NCBI GenBank assembly: GCA_964188305.1
Contig: OZ076904.1
Source: Podarcis bocagei
Taxonomy: Eukaryota
Reading direction: 5' to 3' (one strand)
Length of the DNA stretch: 64,000 bases
The position numbers and the translations under genes are program-made. Shown here piece by piece: positions 8,801 to 18,900 of this stretch. How positions within the stretch are numbered: the first letter of the stretch is position 1; the number at the start of each line of letters is the position of its first letter. Under the pieces are notes generated by a model, which saw nothing but the letters and a program-made list of their open reading frames with translations, searched no databases and was not told the DNA's origin.

Positions 8801-11680
8801 TTTTAAATAAATTTTTATTGAGTTTTCACATTCTATATAGACATAACAAACACAAAAAGACAAAGACAAACATGTATAATTTCCAATTCTTACTTTCATA
8901 ACCACTTTCTCCGACTTCCCCGCACCTCCCCTTCATGCATCCTAATTCCAGGAATTAGTTCAGCAAGTTCTAGTCTCTTATCTTTAAAATATTAAATCAT
9001 ATTTTAACTTAATTCTTCTTAATTAATCAAATTTAACTTATATACATCAATTATAATCATTACATCCTTTCCAAAGGTCGACCTAAGTTCCCTTCCACCA
9101 ATTTCCCGATTTTCGTGTTAATTACTAAACATAATAACTAAACATAAAAATCATAAAATTATCCTGCTTTTAGATTCAAATAACTCTCACCCCCCCCCCT
9201 CTTTCCCGGTTTCAATCTCCCCAAAAGATGTCCACAATATCAGTTCCTAGCCTGGATTTCTCACGTCCGAGGCCTTCAAATCTCTATCAGTCCCTCTCCG
9301 TCGGTTTTGTTGGTCATCCTTTATGTTGGCCCTCAAATTTCGAAGAAGCTCTATCCCAGTAAGGTCAATGTTTCTTCCAACCAGCCCTCCAAATCCAAAA
9401 GCAAAAGCGGAGTCCCAATCATATTTCTTGCTTCTTTTAAGTCCAAATAGTCCAAATGTCCCATAGGCTCCCTCTTTCATCTTACACAAATTTATAATCC
9501 ATAGTTCTTTCGATCTCCCCATAAAGGGGCCTTCTTCATTCTTGATTTTCATCCAAATTCTCATTATCCATATCTTGTTTTCCTTGTATTCCCCATCTGT
9601 AGGCTTATGGTTGGCCCTTTCCTCCTGAAGTATTTCCGCTCCTCCTTCCCTCTCCTCTGGCTCCAAAGATATCTCTTCTGGTTCAGCTGCAGAATTTTCC
9701 TTTGTCAAGTCCATAACACAGTCAACAGAGTTGCTTACTTTAAAATTCAAGGCCACCAGCTTTGTAGCCATATCTGTGCTTTGTTCTTGAAGTTTTCCCA
9801 CAAGAGAGAACATTTTTTCCAGCTCTGCCTGTAATTTTCCATCTGCAGCCATTGTAATGTCTCAGAATCCCCCCTAGAGGGATTCTGGTTACTTAAGAAT
9901 CCTTCTCCAGCAGTCAATTACTCTTACTTATTTCTTCATTGTTTCCAACAACTTTAGATCAAATGTGGCCCATCTAGCCCACAAAAATAATAAGTAGCAG
10001 ATTTTTCTAGCTTAAACAGCTCGTTTGACAGCTGTCAAACTCCTTATGTCTCCTCACCAGGCTCACTCGCAGATCGCTCGCGGCTCCAGGGGGGGGGGGT
10101 TATATCTTCTAAAATTCGGTTCTTATCCTCCAGCACAAAAACTTGCCAATAGTGAAATTAATAACTTTTATCTCACAAAGAGAAAGACAGTCTCTCCACC
10201 TTAGTTATCCGATTCTTGCTTTAAATGACTACAGAGAGGGGGGGGTGCAGACTTCCTTTTAATACACCCCCGATCGTGCCGAATTCAAGGGAAAGAAGAT
10301 TTTTAGATCCAAATTCCGTACTACTCACGGGTTATTTCTTTTTCAGTCCAAATGTTCAAGGAAAAAAGTCAGCGCTCTCCGGCCATGGCTCGCGGCTTCA
10401 CTCCACTGAAGTAGCGGTCTACTCACAGCACCACGCCACTCTCCGCACCCTCTCCGAAGCCTTTAAAAAGGCTTCTTTGTGGGTCGGGGGGGCGCAAATG
10501 GTGCCCGCCGAGTCACCAAGTCCACAGGCTTCAGCGCCTGTGGTTTCTGAGGGTCCCCGCGTCACCGCCGCGGCAGGATCCGTCCTCAGTAGAGCCGATT
10601 CCCTCCGGAGCTCGGAGGGAATCCGCCATTAGTCGATCGCGCTAACCCGGAAGTCACTGAAACAACAGTTTCATTCTGTGGTTGATCACCGCTTAGGCCA
10701 CGGCCACCTACCCAGTCAGGACTGAGGAGATCCAGCCGTCTTGCGGTCTCCTCCTCGCCTTTTCCTTCACCGTCCTTTTCATGGAAAATGTCATCCTCGC
10801 TGGCTGACTGCTGGCAGAGACAGGACCCCAGAGGTGGTGGCGGGATTAAGGAGAAAGAGAGCAGCCCAAAATGAGACAGGCAGGAACCCAGAAGGCAGAC
10901 TCTCCTGCCCACATTGAGTCGCTAGCCAGGGAAGCCCTACAGCCCTGGCGCCATGGGGGGCTGGTCCATCAGGAGGAGTGGGGCAGCAAGCACAGCACAT
11001 TCACTCTCAAGGCACCCATAATTGAAACAACAGAACAGCGGCATAGCCAGCCGCTCGGGTGCCCGGTTCAACGCGGGGGTCCTGCGGGCGGGGGGCGCTG
11101 CCTGGAGCCTCTCTGCCGCCTCCCCCCCAGCTGTAGGGCGGCTGAGGGAGAGGCAGGGGGCAGACGCAAGCCCCACGCTGCCGTTTCAGGCCGCACCCAG
11201 CCTGCAGGGGCCCAAGCCAACACGTCACTCCCAGGAGAGATGCATGGATCAGGCACTCTGCAGCCCCCCCCCCGGTAAGTGCCAGACCCTGAGATTTGGC
11301 GCCCAGTGCCAGCCGTGTTTTTTGACTCAACTAAAGGGTTTGGTGAGGCCATTTTTTATTTTTATTTTAAACTCGGCTTTTTGTCCTTTTGCCACCCCCC
11401 TCAGTGGTGACACCTGGGGCGGCTCCCAACCCCCCACCCTCCTTTCTCTGCAACTGCAACAGAATAAAAGGACTCAAAACTCCCTTAGCAGTTTCCTGCT
11501 GGTCCCCTCACCATTTTCTTCTCACTTTGCAGTTGCAGATGAGGCCCCCCAAAGGCGGCTGCGCAAGGCAGGGTTTGGCCTCAACTGCAAAGTGAGGTTG
11601 GGATTCTGAGCCGATGTCACAGCCAGGTTCCGATCAGTCCATTTCCTCCAAGGGGGGGGGGCTGTTTCCCCTGAGGGCGA
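5846..11680 (-). CDS. Uncharacterised multi-exon orphan gene or recent pseudogene; acidic/Ser/Pro-rich protein. Exons 11526-11680, 10712-10807, 8604-8705, 8148-8258, [7895-7996, dead acceptor], 7403-7543, 6042-6265, 5846-5852
   Basis: Polypyrimidine+CAG acceptors and GT donors; 96/102/111/102/141-nt phase-0 exons join in one frame; 224-nt phase-2 exon joins a terminal exon ending ...HPEPRS*; AATAAA 28 nt after the stop. The 5'-most exon is out of frame and no start codon was identified. Confidence 0.6.
6042..6265 (-). CDS. Orphan gene penultimate exon (DCEEKRPPKTPTCLASIISWVHKVFRR...RLRRWMWQHRSCVHPEP)
   Basis: tttctcacag acceptor; CAAG/gtgagg donor. Confidence 0.6.
7403..7543 (-). CDS. Orphan gene exon, 141 nt (SASEVASKEEEPQEQPGSPPEEDGEDKEALDLP...VLE)
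   Basis: cagcag acceptor; GAG/gtcaga donor. Confidence 0.58.
8148..8258 (-). CDS. Orphan gene exon, 111 nt (SASEYEEFSEKVANKEDEGKGKEETPRPCLDLLSPDW)
   Basis: cagcag acceptor; TGG/gtaggt donor. Confidence 0.6.
8604..8705 (-). CDS. Orphan gene exon, 102 nt (VPKLSPTSSPSSLSPLSSVSSLSSLDSFWDSVNE)
   Basis: cttttccttgcag acceptor; GAG/gtacgt donor. Confidence 0.6.
8794..10655 (-). mobile_element. Full-length non-autonomous L1-like retroposon (HAL1-like), 1862 bp, one 201-aa ORF (9247-9852), no ORF2
   Basis: Perfect 17-bp TSD ACTGAAACAACAGTTTC (8777-8793, 10656-10672); 5' end GACTTCCGG...ATGGCG; AATAAA plus A-tail; empty site preserved in the paralogous intron at about 8068-8090. Confidence 0.85.
9247..9852 (-). 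CDS. Retroposon-encoded 201-aa protein with coiled-coil-like N-terminus (ORF1-like position)
   Basis: Uninterrupted ORF; strong Kozak acaATGG; heptad-like LQAELEKMFSLVGKLQEQSTDMATKLVAL. Confidence 0.55.
   Translation of the reverse strand: MAADGKLQAELEKMFSLVGKLQEQSTDMATKLVALNFKVSNSVDCVMDLTKENSAAEPEEISLEPEEREGGAEILQEERANHKPTDGEYKENKIWIMRIWMKIKNEEGPFMGRSKELWIINLCKMKEGAYGTFGLFGLKRSKKYDWDSAFAFGFGGLVGRNIDLTGIELLRNLRANIKDDQQNRRRGTDRDLKASDVRNPG
10712..10807 (-). CDS. Orphan gene exon, 96 nt (SASEDDIFHEKDGEGKGEEETARRLDLLSPDW)
   Basis: cagcag acceptor; TGG/gtaggt donor; paralog of the 8148-8258 exon. Confidence 0.58.
11036..11440. mobile_element. GC-rich non-autonomous DNA transposon remnant (hAT-like end)
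   Basis: Starts cagcggcatagc, resembling the TIR of the 16723-17173 element; far end not clearly defined. Confidence 0.4.
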
Positions 11681-11797
11681 CTGCTGAACACACCACCCAA
11701 GAGAAAAAGAAGGAGAAAAGCGGAGAAATCTTTTAATTCTGTAGCAAGAAAGAATGAGTGCCAGGAGTTTTCTTTTCCCTGCACTCCTCCATTGCAA

Positions 11798-11833
<36 letters not shown>
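11798..11833. repeat. (CAT)n microsatellite
   Basis: Direct observation. Confidence 0.95.
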
Positions 11834-11897
11834 ACTAGATTTAATGAACACTCATATTAGAGTGCTCTGTAGCCATAGTCTTTGTCGTAGTACATTA

Positions 11898-12143
11898 CCG
11901 TATTGGCCTGATTATAAGCCTCAATTTCCTCCCAAATTCTGACCGCGAAAGGTTAAAGTGCGGCTTAAATTCACGACCTTACGAAAGCTGGCTTTTACAA
12001 TATCGCTGCCGGAACAGACATACGGTAAAATGGAACAGGAGAGAGTGCCTGCGGAATTTGAAGGGAGCGGCTTTTAGTCCGGTATTGTCTTCTTTCCTCC
12101 CCCTTGAATTTTGAAGGTGCGGCTTATATTCGGGCCAATACGG
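11898..12143. mobile_element. Tc1/mariner-type MITE (246 bp)
   Basis: TIRs ccgtattggcctgattataagcc / ggcttatattcgggccaatacgg; TA on both sides. Confidence 0.8.
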
Positions 12144-12361
12144 TAATGTACTAAATAAATATTTTTATAACTAAATTTACTCAATACTCCAAATTTCTTC
12201 TCCTTTATTTGATTTATATGCCACCCTTCCTCATGAAAGATCCCAGTTTAACATCTCAGGGTTATTGGGAAAAGAAGAATGGTTGGTGTAAACCCAAAAC
12301 CAAGTTAATAATTGCATTTCAATGGGTCTGCTTTAGGTTTCATTGCAATCAAGGCGATGAG

Positions 12362-12413
<52 letters not shown>
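12362..12413. repeat. (AAT)n microsatellite
   Basis: Direct observation. Confidence 0.95.
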
Positions 12414-12415
<2 letters not shown>

Positions 12416-13409
12416 CTTTCCCTGGCCACTCTGGGCGGCTCCCAACAGAATATTAAAAGCACTATAAAAATCACAGCCTCAACATGCATTTAAAGCATTT
12501 TTGGAGCTCTAAATTGCAGGTAAAGCAACTGGCGGGTGGCCAGCGCCATTTTGGCCTCTGTTGTCCAGGGCGCAGGAGCCGCGGGACGTGGGGAAAAGGG
12601 GGAAGCCGTTCTCGGTGCCTCCAAGGGAAGGAGGAAAAGGACGAGGTCTCTTCGCGACTTCCTGGGTTATGGGGGTTGATGAGTATAATAATTGGTTGTT
12701 ATTAGTTTATTAGCAGGCCAGGAGGAAGGTTGCGCAGGGCAGCCTGGGAAGGGCGAGGGAAAGGCTGTGAGGAAAAGCCTCCTCTCTTTCTCCCTCAAGT
12801 TTAAATGGAAGAATCCAAATAGGTTTAGAGAAAAATAAGATGATAGGAAACAGGATCCTTCTTTGTGAGAAGAAGGGGCAGCAAAGCATGCTGGGAAGAA
12901 GGACCTGAGGGAAATGAAATGAAACCCAATAAAGGATAATTTACCAATAAAGCTAATATGTGAAACCTAACAAAAGACACCTTCAGATTTATTTATTCAG
13001 TTATACGTTGGAAAATGGGTAAATTTCAATTATAGGAAGCTGGATCCATGTTTGTGAGAAGAAGGGGTAGCAAAGCATGCTGGGAAGAAGGACGTGAGGG
13101 AAAGAAACCTAATAAAGGGTAATTTACCAATAACGCTAATAAGCGAAGCCGAACATAAGACTCCTTGAGATTGAATTATTTGCTTATACACTGGAAAAAC
13201 GAGTAAATTTCAAATTTATTCATGCTGGGATTCGACCATTGGCCCAACGGAGCTGGCAGTGCATGCTGGGAAGTCTGCCGGTGGAGGCTGGCGGGAGTCG
13301 CAGGGCCTTTTGAAGGTGGCCCCTTCCCCTCCGAGGGCCACATGACCCTCCTCGTCCGCCAGGGACACCAGCGCCTGCAGCCCGTCCAGCTGGCCAGAGT
13401 CAACCAAGG

Positions 13410-13830
13410 GCCAGAGAGGCTGGCAGGGGCAGGGCCCCCAGGAGGGAGAGGGGCCCCTGGGGGATCTGCACTCTGCACGCCCTCAGAGGCCAGAGAGGCT
13501 GGCAGGGGCAGGGCCCCCAGGAGGGAGAGGGGCCCCTGGGGGGATTTGCACTCTGCACGCCCTCAGAGGCCGGAGAGGCTGGCAGGGGCAGGGCCCCCAG
13601 GAGAGAGAGGGGCCCCTGGGGGGATTTGCACTCTGCACGCCCTCAGAGGCCGGAGAGGCTGGCAGGGGCAGGGCCCCCAGGTGGGCCCGGGAGAGAGAGG
13701 GGCCCCTGGGGGGATCTGCACTCTGCATGCCCTCAGAGGCCGGAGAGGCTGGCAGGGGCAGGGCCCCTAGGTGGGCCCGGGAGAGAGAGGGGCCCCTGGG
13801 GGGATTTGCACTCTGCACGCCCTCAGAGGC
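13410..13830. repeat. GC-rich minisatellite, 5 units (80- and 90-bp variants), same family as 4168-4702
   Basis: Core motif at 13469, 13549, 13629, 13719, 13809. Confidence 0.95.
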
Positions 13831-15046
13831 TTCGTAGTCTAAGCTAAGGGGGCTCTCTGAGCCAGCATATCTCAAGGGGGGGGGTGAGGGGTTTTTTCCC
13901 ATTTGTCAACGTCCTTCTTAAATAGTGGTGCCCGGAATTGGACACAGTATTCCAGGTGGGGTCTGACCAAGGCAGAATAGAGCTGAGTCTTGTAAGCCAC
14001 TGGTATTAGTAGCAATAAAAGTAATAATAATCACAACAAGATTAGACTTCGTTAACAAATATTTATGCTGCTTAACTGTGTGTGCATTGCAATCACTTAT
14101 TCATTGCTGTGCGTAATAATTTTAAGTGCATTCTTAATATTACGATCAATGTGCAATACTTTTAAAATGCATAATTTCTTTAAATATAAACACAGGAATA
14201 AATGAAGCTCTAAATTCATCGGATGATGACCTGTGCCACAAACTGGGAACCAGGCAGAGGGGCTTCTCGGTAGTGGCGCCTGCCCTGTGGAACGCCCTCC
14301 CCACCTCCTTTCACAATGACTCAACCCAGATTGGCGTAGACGGCCTGCCACTCCCGTGAGCGCCGGAATTCCCTCTCCCCTCTAACCCTATTCCTAACCC
14401 TGGCCAATGCAGTAAAATTCATTGGATCCCAGTCACGGCTTGGCTAAGGTCAGTTGCTACTCTTTGGAACAGGGAGCAGAGCTTACACAATACAGAAATT
14501 AAACCAACAGACTACGGAAGATGTCTTAAATGAATTTCTCAGTTTATTGATATACAAAGCTTAGGAGAACAAAATGATGTGAAGTGAGCTTATGAATGAT
14601 AGCGCATAAATGCGGGAAATGGAGCATAGAAAATTGAATACATAGAACTGGCATAACCAAACAGTATTGTGGAATATTAGAATTGATATGGTTAATAGGT
14701 AGTCATGACAAAGGAAACAGACTCAAAAACCTAACTCTTCTCTCCCTCCAGTCTATCTTGTTGTGAGATAAATATAAGTTCCCAAAACACAAAATTTTAA
14801 AAAGATAATAGTATACAAACTAAGGGCAGTAGACCAGGACTCATTGTAATCATGGGCAAAGCAAGGTAGCAAAACATTTCCTCCCATCTTCCTGTTCGTG
14901 TGAACAGGACTACACAAAACCAGGGCTACGAAGGAACACAATCTCTTTCAGAGGTGGAGAAGGAGGAACATGGATGATCAGGTGTGTTTCCTTTATGTAC
15001 TTCTGGAGATAGGGAACATGGACTATTTTAAGAATCAGATGTCCCC

Positions 15047-15945
15047 CTAATTCCTTGTTGTCAGGTGCTCCTTTGTGTTCAGATCAGGCCTCAGCACAAT
15101 AATGTAGCACTTGGGAAGGAAGATGCAGCCCAGAAGCCCAGCACTGGAGGCCAACATAGAGAAGATCTGCACGGCCACCATGTACTTGCCCTTGGTGCTC
15201 AGGTAGGGGGGCACAAAAGACACCCAAACACTGCAGAAGACCAGCATGCTGAAGGTGATCAGCTTGGCTTCGTTGAAGGAGCCGGGCAGCTTCCTGGCTA
15301 GGAAAGCCACCGTGAAGCAGGTGGCAGCCAAGAAGCCCAGGTAGCCGAGGGCAACGTAGAACATGGCCACAGACCCTTCGTTGCATTGCAGGGTGATCTC
15401 TTCCACCTGGGAGCGCATGTCGGGCTCTGGGAATGGGGGAGAAGAGCCCAGCCAGATGGTGCAGATGAGAACTTGCCCCCCAGAACAGGAGATGACAATG
15501 GAGTTGGCCAGACTCTTGCCCAGCCATCTCCGCACCCTGTTCCCGGGCTTTGTGGCCAGGAAGGCCAGCACCACCGTGATGGTCTTTGCCAAGACAGAAG
15601 AAACAGCAGCTGAGAAGATGATGCTGAAGGCCGTTTGTCGGAGAAGGCAGGTCTCTTTCCTTGGGCGCCCGATGAAGAGGAAGGAGGACAGAAAGGAAAG
15701 CAGGAGGGAGACGAGCAGGATGTAGGAGAGGTCCCGGTTGTTGGCTTTGACAATGGGAGTTTCCTTGTATTTAATGAAGATTCCCAACACAATGCCTGCT
15801 GTTAAGGACAAGAAGAGGGCAATGGAAGCTAAAACCATTCCCAAATATTCTCTATAAGTCAGGAAGGTGGTAATCTTGGGGACACATTGATCTCTGTCCT
15901 TGTTTGAATGGTGATCTTCTGAGCATTTGGTGCAATGTTCTGCAT
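15047..15945 (-). CDS. V2R-B exon 6 (end of Cys-rich domain + 7TM)
   Basis: 899 nt, class C 7TM motifs, TAG stop. Confidence 0.95.
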
Positions 15946-18900
15946 CTGGGGAAGAGAAAAAGAGTGGCTGTAGCATCACTTACATCCCTAATGATCTGTG
16001 CTCTATTAACATTGTGATCTAGGATCAACTGAGAGGCAGAGACCACTCCACTTCTGTTAACTGCATTGTTTGGATCCTGCCTATTCCTCTTTGTCTGAAC
16101 CTTTAAAATGCAGACATTGCTTCCATGCAATGTTCATAGCAGTGAGATCAGAACGGTCCATAGATTATATTGTAATAATTTTCACATGAAGTATTTATTT
16201 TTATTGTGCTTTTGCTGTTAGTATTTTGCTGCTTTTCATCGTCTATCCATTATTTTTGATAAGTGTCAACATTATTTCCTTTTTGTGTGGCTTGGTCTAA
16301 AAAATCAAAAAGGAATGCTTTGTGGGCATTCCTCTCACAGCTGCCCAGTTTGCAGCCCAGAGATTTCTTCCTTATGGTCATTCCTATCAACTCACTTCCT
16401 GGATGTAATAAAGGTGATTAATACTAAGGAAGTCAAGGAAGGATTCCCATTCCCCTATGTCTGCAGTGTGTGAGACTGAATTTCTGTCCTGTGTTTACTC
16501 TCTCCAGGAATTTCTTCCCCCTTGGAATCACCCACCTTCCCGAGTGGAGAAGGTCCCTTCTGCACACTGAGCACAAGCATAGCAGCAAATGGGCTTTCCT
16601 TCTAGAACCACCTTGGCATATCCAGGTCGACATCTTTCTGTACACCTGGAACGAGGTACGGCCTAACCAGAAAGACAAGAAGGTGCAACAAAGAGGAACA
16701 GTTAGGAGTATTTGTGGGTATGCAGCGGCGTAGCGTGAGTTGTCAGCACCCGGGGCAACGCAAGTAATTTGCGCCCCCTAACCCGGGGCAAGGCAAGTAA
16801 TTTGCGCCCCCAACCCCTAACCTGCGAGTTTCCGCTGGCGCTGCCACCCAAATGACGTCGCTTGCTCGGAGGAGGAGGGGGGCAGAGAGGCGAGGAAAAT
16901 TCAACGGCCCAGCAGCTGCAGCAGCAGCGGCGGAGGCAGGGCTGTGAAGAGGGGCTGCCTGGCGCGTCCTCCGCGGCGAGCGCTGAGAGCCGCTGCCTGC
17001 CGGGCGCCTTCAGCCTGGACACGCGCACAGCTCGTCGGTTCCGCGAGACATGCGGCTCTGCTACAGCCTGCGCCCGAGGCTCTTCGGCGACTCCGGAGGC
17101 ATCGAGCACGCCCCCCCCAGATGTTGCGCCCGGTGCGGCCGGCACCCCTGGCACCCCCCACGCTACACCACTGTGGGTATGTAATTCACTCAACGCAATC
17201 TCTATAGCATGGTGGTGATCCCTGACAACTGGTCTTGCCAGCTCAGGATGATGGGAGCTGTAGTCCAAAGACAGCTGGGGACCCAAGTTTGGGGAACCCT
17301 GATCTACCCCAAGATTTGCAGTTGTGGCCCCCAATGAATCATTCAGGAAATCATCACAGCTCTACATCAATCACATAGAGGTTGGAGAGGGGTCTGTCTG
17401 GCAGGGAATCCTGAGAGATCCCAGTTGCCCTTTCCAGCAGCCAAGATCCCCAGTTGCCTGCCATCTCCCCATTCCCTTAATGCGGTCAGTTCTCTTTAGC
17501 TGCAGAACATGATCTCTGGAATGCAGCCTTGACCCCTCATCAGGGTCCTTTCAACCCCCCGCTGACCATTGGGGTGACCAGAATATCTTGTGCCTTAAAT
17601 TGAGTTCAGTACAGCTGAGGTTTGAGCCACAGAACTCTGTTTCCTCTTCTCCATTTACCTGTTTCCCTTCTTAAAAGAACTTCTAAGCAAATGACAATGG
17701 GTCTGACATGTGATTCCCCCAAATTTCAGGATTTGAATTATCTCTCACACGGTTCATTCTCGTCTTTGTGTGTGTCAGAGAGAGAGAGAGAAAGTGCTTT
17801 GCTTTTCAATGCCCAACTGAAAGGAGAGTTGGGGTTTTGGGTTTTTTTTGCCAAATTGCCTTAATTCATTTTCCAAATTTCACCACATCAACCACAAATT
17901 AAGACAAATTTAATACAAGTGAGCTTACTCACAAATTTAAAAAAATATGCAATAAATCAGTAATTATCATTTGTAAAATAAATTACTTTTCATCCTCCTG
18001 CATGTATGAAAGGTCAATATCCTTTATTTGAGCATCCCAAATTCCCCCCCCCCTATCTCAGCTGATTTAGAAAGAAGGCGTGCTGGTTCCAGCTGTTACT
18101 GGACAGTCAACCTGACATGGTCATTCTGCAGTGGTTGTCAAGGAACAGCACAATCAGGATCTCCTAGCCCCCTCCCCCAATTATCCCCCCTACCTTATTG
18201 AATTTCTTGTTCCACTCAATGGCTTCTGGGTTAATGGTGAACTTTATGCCAGCAGATGCTCCTCTCCTTATATTCCCAATTTTCACAAGGTCACGGGACT
18301 TATTGGGAGACATCGCCCAGTTCATAATATTGAAGTCCGTTGGCATCTCCCAGTTCTCATCCAAGCACAGTCTGCCCCTGGAAGTATTCAGACACCGGAT
18401 TTCTCTCAAGAAAGGGTGAAGCTGGAATGGCAGGGGAAAGCGCCAGCATTAAGAAACTGGGAAGCTACAACAGGCAATTAATCAAGCCAAAATGGGGAAA
18501 ACACCAGGGCCAGGGGGGCTATCAGCAAAGTACTATAAGAAATTGCAAGATTGTTTGGCACAACCACTAAAAGATTTAAGATACTTAGATTGTGCTGATT
18601 CTGAAAAAAGATACAGATCTATTATCAGTCAAAAATGATAGGCTGATTTCTCTATTAAATAATGACTATAAACTGTTTGCATACCTATTGGCAAATGACA
18701 TGAAAGTGCTATTAACGGATTTAATTCATCAGGACCAGGCTGGTTTTTTACCAGGCTGCCAGATGAAGGATTATATAAGGAATATAATTGATATAATAGA
18801 ATATCTGGAAGTTAGAAATGATAAGCAAGCAGTGTTGATTTTTATAGACGCAGAGAAGGCCTTTGACCATGTTTCATGGACTTCTACGAAGAAGACTATA

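Noticed and set aside
15065-15792. Overlapping/antisense ORFs over the 7TM exons (repeated at 27.6 and 39.6 kb)
   Set aside because: Shadow ORFs of GC-rich coding sequence, conserved only because the genes are recent duplicates.
16702-17334. 210-aa and other ORFs in V2R-B intron 4
   Set aside because: They lie in a GC-rich non-autonomous hAT element; no transposase motifs.
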